This document shows, piece after piece, positions 12,693-24,570 of a stretch of 64,000 nt of DNA. Source of the DNA: Mobula hypostoma. Taxonomy: Eukaryota. The notes under the pieces are model-generated. The model searched no databases, had not been told where the DNA came from, and worked only from the letters and a program-made list of their open reading frames with translations. Positions within the stretch are counted from its first letter, which is position 1. Every line of letters begins with the position of its first letter. The stretch covers positions 94,056,001 through 94,120,000 of the forward strand of contig NC_086097.1 of assembly GCF_963921235.1 (NCBI RefSeq), in the 5' to 3' direction. A program made the position numbers and the translations under genes.

Positions 12693-13594
12693 CTCTCCTA
12701 ATGATTTATACTGCTCTTCTCATCAACACAGTAATATTGCTAACGTAAGCACCCCTAGTCTAAAAGTTTACTGTTTTTGTTTTCTTTTGGAAAATAGAGA
12801 ATTAATACAAGTAAAGGAAAAGATTTGGGAAAGGGATAAAAAATGATAAAATTAAGTAAATAAGTACATAGGGATTGGATAATTACGTCTGGGGGCAGGA
12901 GCAAGCATGAACAAGTTGGGATATAAACACCTACAATGGTTGTTACATAGGCTTACATACAATATTTTGGACCAGTAGAAATGGTCCAGAAGAGATATAT
13001 GGAAACTATTATTACTATTTTTCTTAACAACTAATACCATTACTTAGCCTAATAGATTAGAATTACCACTGTACATAATTATCTATTTAAGTGTCTAATT
13101 TCCTTTTATATCATCTCAATGTGTACTTAAGAAGGTATAAATAATTATGGTTTTATACATATAAAAAAATGGAAAAGGTTATACGTGTGAAAAAAGTACA
13201 TGATACTTGTGAATTCCTTATCCAAATAAAAATAAAATTTTAAAAAAGAAGAAAGAAAAAAAAGATTGTATAACTCATCTGTTAGGGACCATAATTGACG
13301 TTTTAAATTAAAATAGTGTTTGAATACAAGTATGTTCTGTACTGCCATTGGCAATTCAGGTCAAATTTACTATTCTGGTATCTGTATTTATCTTTCTTTA
13401 TGATATAGGATATTGTTTAACCCATTGAGGTTATGCTTATTCCCATCACTCCCAGTCCCCAACCTGTTCTATCATATGTGCCTGGTAACTGTCCCAAATT
13501 CTTCACTGAGCTAAATTGCAGATAATTTACAGTTGCCAATTAGCTGACCAACCAGTGTGCCTTTGGGATCTGAAAGGAAACCCAGTGCCTGACT

Positions 13595-14515
13595 TACGCC
13601 ACATGTCATTACAAAGAAAGCACAACAGCTCCTCTACTGTCTTTAGGAGTTTATGAAGATACAGCATATCATCTAAAACTTTGACAAACTTCTATAGAGG
13701 TGTAGCAGAGAGTCACAACACACTGGAGGAACTCAGCAGGTCGGGCAGCATCCGTGGAAATGATCAGTCAACGTTTCGGGCCGGAACCCCTGATGAAGGG
13801 TTCCGGCCTGAAATGACTGTTTGTTTCCACGGATGCTGCCCGACCTGCTGAGTTCCTCCAGCGTGTTGTGAGTGTTGCTTTGACCCCAGCATCTGCAGAG
13901 TATATTGTGTGTAGCAGCGAGTATATTGATTGGTTGCATCACAGCCAGGTATGGAAACGCCACTACTCTTGAACGTAAAAACCTTCAAAAGTTAGTGGAT
14001 TCAGCCCTTTCCATCATGGGTAAAGCCCTCCCCGCCATTATGCATGTCTACTGTATGCGGAGCGTTGTCACAGGAAAGCAGCATCCATCATCAAGGACCC
14101 CCACTATCCAGGACGTGTTCTCTTCTCAGTGCTGCCATCAGGGAGAATGTAGTGGAGCCTCAGGACTCACACCACCAGGCTCAGGAACAGTTACTACTCA
14201 ACTATCAGGTCCTTGAACTAAAGGAGATAACTTCACTGATCTTCACTCGCCCCGTCACGAAACTGTTCCCACAACCTATGGGCTCACTTTCAAGGATTCT
14301 TCATCTCAACTTCTTAACAATATGGCTTATAATTTCTTTTATTCCTTCTTTTTGTATTTGCACAGTTTGTGTTTTGCATATTGATTGTCCATCCTGTTGG
14401 GTGTGGTCTTTCATTGATTCTATTATGTTTCTTGTATTTACTGTGAATGTCCGCAAGAAAGTAAATGTCAGGTTTGTACATTGTGACATATATGTACTTT
14501 GATAATACACTTAAT
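13595..14515 (+). mobile_element. Rex1/Babar-type LINE 3' fragment
   Basis: ITKKAQQLLYCL..., SILIGCITARYGN..ERKNLQKLV, AASIIKDP; ends in the family tail gtactttgataata. Confidence 0.75.
13714..13908 (+). mobile_element. Palindromic Penelope-LTR-derived element with hammerhead core
   Basis: Long inverted repeat centred on CTGATGA (13790-13796) followed by AGGGTTCCGGCCT-GAAA. Flanked by GTGTAGCAG(A/C)GAGT at 13700-13713 and 13909-13922. Confidence 0.8.
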
Positions 14516-15134
14516 TTGTATGTTGAGTGGGGAGAAGGTGCAGTGTCCGCACAGACAGCACCTAAGGGTCAACATTGATTCGGGTTGCTGGGTCTGTGGG
14601 GCACTCAAGACTACCTGCAGAGCTATGTTCCTCTTCTGTTTGCTCTCGGATTTTGAGAACATAAAGATAGGGCTACCGTATGATACTCTATTTCATTAAT
14701 CCCAGAATGAACAAAGCTCTGTTGACTGCAGGCAACATGATCACTGTGTTGAAAGTAACCAGTGCTTCCCATCTCCTCTACTTTACCCCAGTTTTCCCTG
14801 CTAATCTCTACAAAGAACAGATTCTGTCTGGGCTGAAGTTCAATGGCTGTCTGCACCCCTCTAATCAGCAGTCTGTGTGTGCTTGGCTATGCAGTGCAAG
14901 CCTAGCAAAGAGTGTTGCCAGGCAATTTGAATGTAAAAACACATCAGCAAAGACTTTTCTTATCAGTGCATGTGGTGTCACTTGTTGCTCAGTTTGCTCT
15001 GAAATGGTAGAGAACTGTCATCGAGGCTGAAATTCCAGAATGGTACTAAGGAACTGCTGTCGGATGCCATTTTTCAGATAATGTATTACACCAAAACACC
15101 ATCTGCTTCTCAAAGGGATGTGAACGATTATTCA

Positions 15135-17065
15135 TAAAATGCTGGAGGAACTTGAGTCTGGCAGGAGGTAAGTGAACAGTTTATGTTTCTGGTTGAGACC
15201 CTTCACCAGGACTATTAAATTGAGTTCCTTGAACAGTCAACTGTTCATTTCCTTTCATAGATGCTGCCTGACTTGTTGAGTTCCTCAAGCATTTTGTGTG
15301 TGTTGCTCCAGGTTTCCAGCATCTGCATTCTCTTGCGTCTCCTAGCTGCTGCTCCTCTGCTAAGTCTCTTTGAGATATGCATAAACTTACAAAGTTTTCC
15401 TCCTCTCTTTGGGAGTCTTGTGAGATCCTCTTCCCTCTTTCACTGCTCCCCTCTCTGTGGTCTGTACTGCACTCTGGCTTTTCAACCATGTGTTCTCCCA
15501 GATTTTGCTTCCACAGCTATGTGTCCTTCCTAGCCACTTGTCTCTGCTGTCATCTTGCATCACACGGCTTCCAGTTCTATTTCCAGGCCCCAGTGAAGAG
15601 CCCAAGTAGATGTGTTTCTTTGACTGGTTCTCCCTCCAGTTCTCCCTCCCGTTCTCCTGCCAGATTCTATGCACCACCCTCAACTCACTCTCCACCACCT
15701 GCCATGGACCTCTTTGGCATTTCGTCCTGCGTCAGATCAATGCCTTCAGCTGCCAGTTCTTCTCCTTCTTTACTTACATGAAGGGTCAGAATCTCACCTG
15801 CCTCTGAGTTGTAGCCCCTACTGCCTAATTCTGATTTTGGCCCCAGATGCCTCCAGACTAAGACCTCTCATGCTACCAGTAGCCTACTGCTACTTTTATT
15901 GCTCCACACTTCCCACCCACCCCTCATCCCCCTTTTACTCCTCTGGGCCCCCTTCTTCCCACCCTGTTTTCTCAATACGCTCCAGCCCTCTACCTTCCTT
16001 GATCCCTCCAACCCTGCCCCTCTCCTGAGGTCATCTCCAATCCCTGTCATATCTTTATTCCCTCAGACCTCTCCCTCTCTGAGGCCAAACATTTTGTCCT
16101 TAACAGGGACCTTGCCTTTGTCCCTTTGTAGCTACTTCTCAACAAGCTCTGCCACGCCACGATGCTGAGCTTTATTTCTGTCGCCTCCACCTCCTGGACT
16201 AGTACATTGGTAAGAATTCCCCAAGCCCCACAGATGACCCCTTCACCTGCCGAAGGCCCTCCTCCTCCTCGACGCCACACTCCGGCCTTCTGACTGCTTT
16301 CACAGTGAGGGGATATTAACTATCTTGACTTTACCACTCCCCTGTTCTAATCTCACTCTCCACTCTTGACACTAATCCCAACCTCACTGTCAAACGTAGA
16401 GACAAGCGAGGTGCTGTTGCGGTTTGATGACCTGATCTCTACCTTGCTAGAGCCAGATGGCAGCTTTCAGATACCTCTTACTTCTGAATCAGGACCCAAC
16501 TAAGAAGCGTCAGTGCACTGTCTCCCATACCATCACCGACCTCATCAGACTAGAATTAGGGGACATTGCCCCAAGATTCAGGGGAGAAGATTTAGGACGG
16601 GGATGAGGAGAAACTGTTTTTCCCAGAGAGTGGTGAATCTGTGGAATTCTCTGCCCAGGGAAGCAGTTGAGGTTTCATCACTAAATATATTTAAGATACA
16701 GTTAGATAGGTTTTTACATAGTAAGGGAATTAGGGTTTATGGGGAAAAGGCAGGTTGATGGAGCTGAGTTTACAGACAGATCAGCCATGATCTTATTGAA
16801 TGGCGGGGCAGGCTCAATGGGCCGGATGGTCTACTCCTGCTCCTATTTCTTATGTTCTTATGTTCTTATTTATCACATCCAACATCTTCCTTTTACAGTC
16901 TCCAGCTCATAGGTTCCCTCTCCTACACTGCCTGTTTCTAAGAATCCTGATGAAGGCTTTCAGCCCAAAACATCGACATTCCCTCTATAGATGATGCCTG
17001 ATACGCTGGGTTCTTTCAGCATTTTGTGTGTGTTGCTGAATTTACAGCAGCTACAGTCTCTTTTG
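15135..17065 (+). mobile_element. Decayed, internally deleted Penelope-like retroelement
   Basis: Inverted pLTR-like block at 15135-15340. C/T-rich ORF remnants LAFVPL, RHDAELYFCRLHL and LTVKRRDKRGAVAV..PDLYL (decayed IKPADKG motif). Downstream pLTR with CTGATGA at ~16947. Confidence 0.72.
16548..16868 (+). mobile_element. CR1 LINE 3' end nested in the Penelope remnant
   Basis: TRIRGH..KIQGRRFRTGMRRNCFSQRVVNLWNSLPREAVE; tail TTATGTTC repeats. Confidence 0.85.
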
Positions 17066-19103
17066 TGGCCATAGCGTATTCTTTGGCGCAATCTCAAAAA
17101 GAACAGGAGTTTTTGCTGCTCCCCAGTTCACTATTTATTCTTCAGCCAATAATTCAGCAGTCACTGTCTTTCGAGAGTACCTGATAGTGTTCCGGGAGAA
17201 CTCCAGGTCATGAAAGTTATTTATATGTAATTACATCTTTCTACTGGAATTGCATTGCAATTGGCTTTAGCCTCTTGGTGCAGTAGAATGACTAAAATGC
17301 TCCCTCAAAAAGTGTTTATTTACTAACACAAAAATACAGAAAATGAAGGAAACACTCAGCACATGGAATTAGAAACAGAGCTAACCTCTCAGGCTAAAGA
17401 TCCTATCTTGGGAAGGACAGAACTCAAATTAGCCGGGGCATGGATGGATCTGACAAAAGGAATACCTCTAATAGGGTGAAGCTGGTTTACCATTGGGATA
17501 AGCTGTTGATAAAGCTGTCTGGTTAATAGGTTATTGGGGTTTGTTACAGAGAACACAAAGGAACTTGTAAAAGCTATGCAATGCAGAGCTACAGGAAATG
17601 TCCAACAAGTCAGGCTATAATAGTGGGGAGGGTAAAACTGAATCAGTATTAGAGATGGATGACCTACTGACCAGTTCTGATGCACTGTGCAAGTGTAACT
17701 CTACAGTTGTTGACTTTGCTGTTATCTTGAAGGCTTATCCAGATGGAAGATGAGGTGCTATCCCTCAAGTATACAATTAGGGTTCCTTACCACAGGACAG
17801 GAGGCCACAGATGGTTAGTTCATTTGAAATAGGGAGAGATTAAATCCTAGTGAACTTGTGGGCACAATATAGACTGAAATTCAAGTATATTACTAAGGCA
17901 TTCCTGTTGGAGGAGCCATCTTTCAGGTAAAACATTAAACCAAAGTCCCACCCATTCAGATTCCTAGGCACTGTCTCACCAAAGTGCAGTCAATTCTCAT
18001 TGCTCTGTTAACAATACAACAATAGAATCATGCCAACAGCAGGGTGGCGCTTTTACTTTCTGGTATTTAAAGGCAGTGACTTGGGAGGCGGTGAATTCCG
18101 ATGTAAGCCTGGATTCCACTGATGTGCAGTAATGCATGCTGGTTGTCTAGGGCAAAGTAGAATTGGTCAGAGCCAAAGGTATAGGGTGTAAAATACAGGA
18201 CCATTCCAGATTGACTAGTTATTACCGGCTCAGATGCCACAATCTGAATCAGTGGCTTGAGTAAGAGCATGGAATGTATTTGATCCAGCTTTCTGCTGAT
18301 GCACAGCCAGTGGGAATGCCAGCTATGAGGAGGATGTTAAAAATCTGCAAAGGATTCGTGAAGTAACTGAGTGGGCAAGTACATGACAAATGGAATACTA
18401 TTTAGGGAATTCAAATTATCCACTTCTGTTAGGAAGAATAGCAAGATAGGATTGTTCTTTTACAGAAGGGAATGTGGGCAGCACAGCAATACAACTGGTA
18501 GAGTTGTTGTCTCACAGCTCCTGCAACCCAAGTTTAGTTCCAGCCTCGAGTGCTGTTTTTGTGGAGTTTGCATATCCTCCTTATGACTGTGCGTTACCTC
18601 TGGGGGTTTCCGTGCGTTGGAAAGTTAAATCATGGGCCAAAAGCCCTGTTTTCATGCTGTATGACTTCATAAACTAAGAAAATTGGTAACCAGAGGGTGT
18701 GGATGTCCTTGTAATATGAGTCATTGAAAACTACAGGAACAGCAACTAGAAAATCAAATTAGGAGATTGGTGTGCACGATTAAGTAAATCTTACTACAAT
18801 TATACAGGACATTAGCAAGAACATTACTTTTCATAGTATTAACCTCTTAACTTGATGTATTCCCATAAGGAATGCAACAAATGTTAACTGGACTTGTGTC
18901 TGGGAGGGAGTGGAGTGGATGCAGTGAGATTAAACTAGAGAAATTCAGAAAATTGAGAGATGATTTCATTTAAAGGACTTGATTGGGTTGATCCTGAAAA
19001 GACATTAATGTTGACCGGCACTCCAGAACCAGAGAGTTAAAGCAAATCGCAGTGAGGGTCAGCTTTTTAGAATTGATCAATTTCTTCACTTGTGAATATG
19101 AAT

Positions 19104-20060
19104 TCAATTCAAGTATAATTGTCATTTAGCCATATATAAATAAATATAGCCAAACGAGACAGCGTTACTATGGGGTCAAGGTGCAAAGACACATTACCAG
19201 CAGTCACACACAGTAAATGCATACAAGATCACAATCGTGAAATAAGAGTCCTGATGCCACAGCTTGTTGCAAACAAGTTAAACCCACAAAGAATATCAGT
19301 AAAATTACGACACAGAATATGCATGTATACATAGTTCTGACCTCTCAGCCCATTGATTTCATCTGTCGACTGCCCCCAAGGCCCGTTAGACGACACCGTG
19401 GCTTTGAGGCCCAGACCTTACCCTGACACCTGACTCCCGCTCGGTGAATCCATGGCTTTGAGACCCAGTCCTCACATATACAAGCACATATAGAACATTA
19501 GTAAAAACACAACCAGATGAAAATATATGTATATAGTCCAGAGCCCTCAGTTCATTTTCAGTCTTCAGTAACCACAATTGTGCTACACCGTCCCCAGCAG
19601 AGTGTGATGGCTTGGACACCTGTCCTCCGGTGGCTGGAAAGCAAGCAATCCTGCAGCTTGGGGCCTGAGTCCATTGAGTGCCGCTAAGAATCTGCAGTTC
19701 ACCACAACAGAGCTTGCCTTGTGCTGAGCGAAACCGTGGAAGGGCAGCTCCGACTCCATCCTGGAACCGTGCCACACTGCTCCCGGTGAAATGGAAGGGC
19801 TTTGCCCCCTCACTCTGGGCGCTGCAGACAGGTGACACTGTGGCTTCAAGCCTAGTCCTTGCTACGACTGAGGACCAGGGAACTTCCCCGCCATCCACCG
19901 CATCCAGTAGATCAGTGAATCAGGCTTGCGGCTTACCAGATTAACAATATCCAAAGGGGTCTTGCGATCACAAGAAATGCGACCATGATGGCCACTCGCT
20001 ATTTGACTGTGAGCCTCCGTCAACTTGGGCAGAAACACGTTGCGCAGCTCCTTCAGTTAT
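19104..20060 (-). mobile_element. Non-autonomous LINE-tailed retroelement (GC-rich body)
   Basis: Minus-strand tail (TTGAA repeats) and GC/CpG-richer body. A related copy with the same tail (atagccaa...caaggtgcaa) lies at ~21740-22320. Confidence 0.5.
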
Positions 20061-20722
20061 CTCCGCCAGTGAGTAACTTGCTGATGGTGTAGACCTGTAG
20101 TACTTTCAGTTCTTAACGGGATCTTGCGATCATTAGATGTACATTTAAGTTTAACAGCAGCACCTTTTGTTGACCCTGTAGAAGCCTTTGCAACCAGTCG
20201 CACTGCCATCTTGCCGGAATTGTTGATTATCAGAGTTGTGGGCACCTAAACTGTTCAGTATGTTCAATCCGGAGAGAAATATTTTTGAAACTAATAGAGT
20301 TAAAAGAATAACTGGGACAATGTAAGAAGTGGATGATATGGAGGGCTTGAACAAGCAACTTGTGCCTCTTGTATGTTGTTTTAAAATTCTGTGGAGGTTC
20401 TGAGCGGTCTGCTTGGTCATACAGACCTGAAACGCCCATGGCTAGAGCCCAAGTCTGCAAACTTCAATTACAGAAGCAAGTTGAATATCAACTGCACTGG
20501 GGCTCCTAAATGGATTTTGCTAATGACTTGCTGCAGCTTTTCTTTTGACCATTGTATTTTGATTAACTTGGTTTCAAAATGTGTTTCAATCATCTTGCAA
20601 ACCATTGAAAGGCTAAAAGAGAGAGATCAACTTTTTTGCCTGGGACAAATGTTAGTTATGGGTGGCATTAGATCTCCCCACCTGTTCCTCTGGTCACTCT
20701 ATAGGATCTCGTACACCTAGAT

Positions 20723-20788
20723 CAGGTGTTCCCAACCTTTTTTATGCCATGGACCCCTATTATTAACTGCTGGGTCTGCGAACGCCTG
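20723..20788. mobile_element. hAT/Charlie-like MITE
   Basis: CAGGTGTTCCCAACC...GAACGCCTG termini; flanks ACCTAGAT/ACCTAGTG resemble an 8-bp TSD. Confidence 0.7.
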
Positions 20789-21269
20789 ACCTAGTGGAAT
20801 CCCTAGTTCACTGCCTTGTCTGAAAGGCTACACCTCTATAGCATTCCTACTGTATTACTTTCATTTAACAATACTGTATAGGCTTAGTGCCATAAATCTC
20901 TAGGATGGAACTTTAACTAGAATCTTTAGGTTCAGTAAGAGTGCTGCTCGTACAGCTAAGGTTGATGGATATGAGAAATTTTGTTACAGAGTTCTTTGGT
21001 TTGGAATACATTCCTATCTCTAATTGAGGTGTGAAAAGCCAAGGCTGAAGGCATTTCCCCCCTTGAAAATGAGAAGGATACTGAAGTCAGTGTAGGTTCC
21101 ATAGTTTGGATTTGCTGTGCTAGTGGGTTCTAGAAGCGTAGCTGGACTGAAGCAACAGAGTTCCATGATATTGAAATCTGGGAAGGAATGAAGTTGTAGA
21201 GGAACATCTGGGCTCAGCTCTGTAATTTAATTTTAATTTTGGTGTGAATTCCTTGTGGTTCACTTGCAG

Positions 21270-21351
21270 CATCATGCAGGCAGTTGTGGACAATGCCATT
21301 CCTTATTTACATGTTCGAGAGGCTTTTGGCAAGAAGATTGGAGAGTTTCAG
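21270..21351 (+). CDS. IVD: IVD coding exon (exon 9 equivalent)
   Basis: [27 protein letters not shown]; ttgcag acceptor, GTAAGA donor; 82 nt. Confidence 0.97.
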
Positions 21352-22391
21352 GTAAGATTCAGCAAGATTCTTAATGTAGTGGAATAACAGATTTCTGTAA
21401 ATCTGACTTTATGCAAATTCCTCCATAGACTTTTAAAGCTTTTTCAAGCTGGTAATAAAATGTTTCATGGCATTCCTTAATGGCATGTATGGTACACATC
21501 CCACAAGTTTAATAATGGATCACCATCTGGTTTGGGGCTATTGTAGAGGATTGAAATAAGCTGCAAAGAGTTATAAACTCAGCTCCATCACAGGCACTAG
21601 CCTCCCTAGCATCCAGGTCACCTTCAAGGAGCAATTTGTCAAATAGGTGGCATCTTTAAAGACCCCCATCACCCAGGACATGCCCTCTTCTCATTGCCAC
21701 CATCAGGGAAGAGGCACAGGAGCCGAAAGACACACACTCAAATTCACTTTTAATTATCATTCAACCATGCATGAATATAGCCAAGGTGCAAGACATACAC
21801 AGCACATTCAAAATAGTGAGCAAAAAAGCATAGTCATGCTAAAAAAAAAAACAACACATATACACTATATAGCCCAGGACCCTCTAGCAAAATGTCCCAT
21901 AAATTGATGGTACAGTTACCAGCAGTATGCAGGTGCATGCAATCCAGCCTGTTATTCCACTGATTGAACACCGGAGGGCAGCGCCAACAGGAGAGGCCAA
22001 CCCCCAACGGACACCACACTGCACCACCTTTAATGTCACCTCACCTGGACTGCAGCAGCAGGCAAGCCCACGGCTTGAGGCCTAGTCCTCGCTACATCCG
22101 ATGCTATGCAACTTCCCTGTTGCCTGCCGCGCCACCAAACAATGGAAGCAGGTTTGTGGCATCTTACATTTTCAATGTCCAACAATAGCTTGTGATTGCA
22201 AGAGAAACATCCAAGACAATCACCTACAGTTACACTCCTGACTTGTGTCCAATTCCTTTGAGTAGCAGGCAGCAACACGGTCTGCACACCGGCCGACTCC
22301 TCTGACACCCTGAGAGGCACTCCTATTCAGGAATAGTTTCTCTCCCTCTGGCATCAGATTTCTGAATGGACATTGAATCCATAAAGACAAA

Positions 22392-22393
<2 letters not shown>

Positions 22394-22421
<28 letters not shown>
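22394..22421. repeat. (AC)n microsatellite
   Basis: Direct reading of the sequence. Confidence 0.95.
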
Positions 22422-22425
<4 letters not shown>

Positions 22426-22449
22426 CCCTTCCCCCCCTCCCTCCCTTCT

Positions 22450-24074
22450 CCACCCCCCCCCAAGAAGTTATTATGTTTCATTGTTTTGCAACGTTGAATC
22501 ACAGTGAATTTAATTTGGCTTTTTATTCACTGAGCAATAGAAAAAGACTCGTGTCAAAGTGAAAACAGTTCTCTACAAAGTGATCTAAATTAATTACAAA
22601 TATAAAATACAAAATAATTCATTGCATAAGTACTCACCCCCTTTAATATGACACACCAGATCATCACTGGTGCAGCCAGTTGGTTTTAGAAGTCACATAA
22701 TTAGTTAAATGGAGATCTGTTTTTGGAGACCTGTGTACAGTCAAGGTGTTTCAATTGATGGCAGTAAAAATACACCTGTGTCTGGAAGGTCCAGCTGTTG
22801 GTTAGTCAATATCCTGGTAAAAACTACACCATGAAGACAAAAGAAACTCTAAGCAACTCTATAAAAAGGTTATTGAAAAGTAGAAGTCAGGAGATGGATA
22901 CAAGAAAATTTCCAATTCACTGCCTATCCCTTGGAGTACAGTTAAGTCAGTCGTCGAGAAATGGAAAGAATATGACACAGCTGTAAATCTGCCTGGAGCA
23001 GGCCATCCTCAAAAACTGAGTGACTGTGCACGAGGGGGACTACTGAGGGAGGCCACCAACAGGCCCATGACAACTCTGGAGGAGTTACAGGCTTCAGTGA
23101 CTGAGATGGGAGAGACTGCGCCTACAATAGCTGTTGCCTTGGTGCTTCACCAGTTGCAGCTTTATGGGAGAATGGCAAAGAGAAAGACACTGTTGGAAAA
23201 AACTTACATGAAATTTCGGCTAGAGTTTGCCAGAAGTCATGTAGGAGACTTTGAAGTCAGCTGGATGAAACCAAAATTGAGCTTTTGGCCATCAGACTAA
23301 ACCTACATTTGGAATAAGCCAAACACTGCACATCATTAAGAACACACCATCCCTACCATGAAGCATGATGGTGGCTGCATCATGCTGAGGGGAGGCTTCA
23401 CTGCCGCAGGCACTGGAAGGCTTCTGAAGGTAGAGGGTAAAATGAATACAGCAAGATACAGGGAAATCATGGAGGAAAACCTGATGCAGTCTGCAAGAGA
23501 ACTACGACTTGGGAGAAGATTTGTTTTCCAGCCAAAGCTACACAGGATTGGCTTAAAAACAACAAAAGTTAATGTCCTGGAGTGGTCAAGTCAGAGTCCA
23601 GACCTCAATCCAATTGAAAATTTGTGGCCGTTGAAAAGGGCTGTTCATTCATGATCCCCGTGCAATCTGGCAGACCTTGAGCAGTTTTGTAAAGAAGAAT
23701 GGGGAAAATTGCAGTGTCCAAGTTTGCAAAGCAGATAGAGATCTATCCACACAGACTCAAGACTGTAATTGCTGCCAAAGGTACATCTTCTAAGTACTGA
23801 CTTGAAGGGAGTGAATAGTAACGCAATCAATTATTTTGTGTTTTATATTTGTAATTAACTTAGAACACTTCCATAGAATCATAGAAAACCTACAGCACAA
23901 TACAGGCCCTGTTTGAACATGTCCTTACCTGAGAAATTACCTAGGGTTACCCATAGCTCTCTGTTTTTCTGAGCTCCATGTACTTGTTCAGGAGTCTCTT
24001 AAAAAACCCTATCATATCCTTTGTCAAGATCTGTTTTCACTTTGATATGAAAGGGTCTTTTTCTGTTGATCAGT
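22450..24074 (+). mobile_element. Tc1/mariner DNA transposon, decayed (transposase ~22831-23800)
   Basis: KHDGGCIML.G.F.AAGTG.L, RFVFQ, WSSQSPDLNPIENLW. Long inverted termini (~22520-22640 versus 23810-23870 plus 24020-24074); the right TIR is interrupted by a CR1 tail. Confidence 0.9.
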
Positions 24075-24570
24075 TGATATATGCGCACTGTAATTTACAG
24101 ATTTTTTACTATTATGTGTTGCAATGTACTGCTGCCTCATAACAAATTTCATAACATATGCTCATAATATTAAATCTGATTCTGATTATGGATAGTGTAA
24201 GGGTGATTAATTGAAATGTAAGAATTATAGCAAGTACATGTAGAGTGATATGATCTGGGTTACTGTAGAAAACAAACATTTCTGACTTGTGGAGGAATTG
24301 GCTTATAGACAGTTCTCAGGAACAGAACTCTATCCGGGGACTGCCTGTAAAATTCCTTTCTCTGTTTTATTCACTGGGATGTGTGTTGTACTAAGAAGAC
24401 TCCCTTTGACCTTGATTGCCTTGTGCATAGAGAGCATTCTGGAAATCAGTTTGAGCCACTTGTTAGTTTTAGTGGTGGTTAAGTGCTCTCAATCAGTAGG
24501 CCTGATGTTGCAGTATCCAAGTGTGTCTTCGGAAAATCTGCCCTGCAAGTGATAAACTGGATGTTTGAAT

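Larger units (their letters stand above)
7431..13262 (+). mobile_element. Full-length L1-clade LINE (~5.8 kb), inactivated, in IVD sense orientation
   Basis: GGACTTCCGG at the 5' end; ORF1 and ORF2 remnants; AATAAA plus A-rich tail at 13224-13262; 12-bp TSD AGATTGTATAAC at 7419-7430 and 13263-13274. Confidence 0.95.
21515..24188 (+). mobile_element. Rex1-type LINE 3' end split by nested insertions
   Basis: ORF end at 21515-21740, resumes at ~22315-22385, 3' UTR and GATTCT tail at 24075-24188. Confidence 0.7.

Noticed and set aside
19386..19898. 170-aa minus-strand ORF
   Set aside because: It lies in the GC-rich body of a repeat, has a non-ATG start and shows no recognisable domain.
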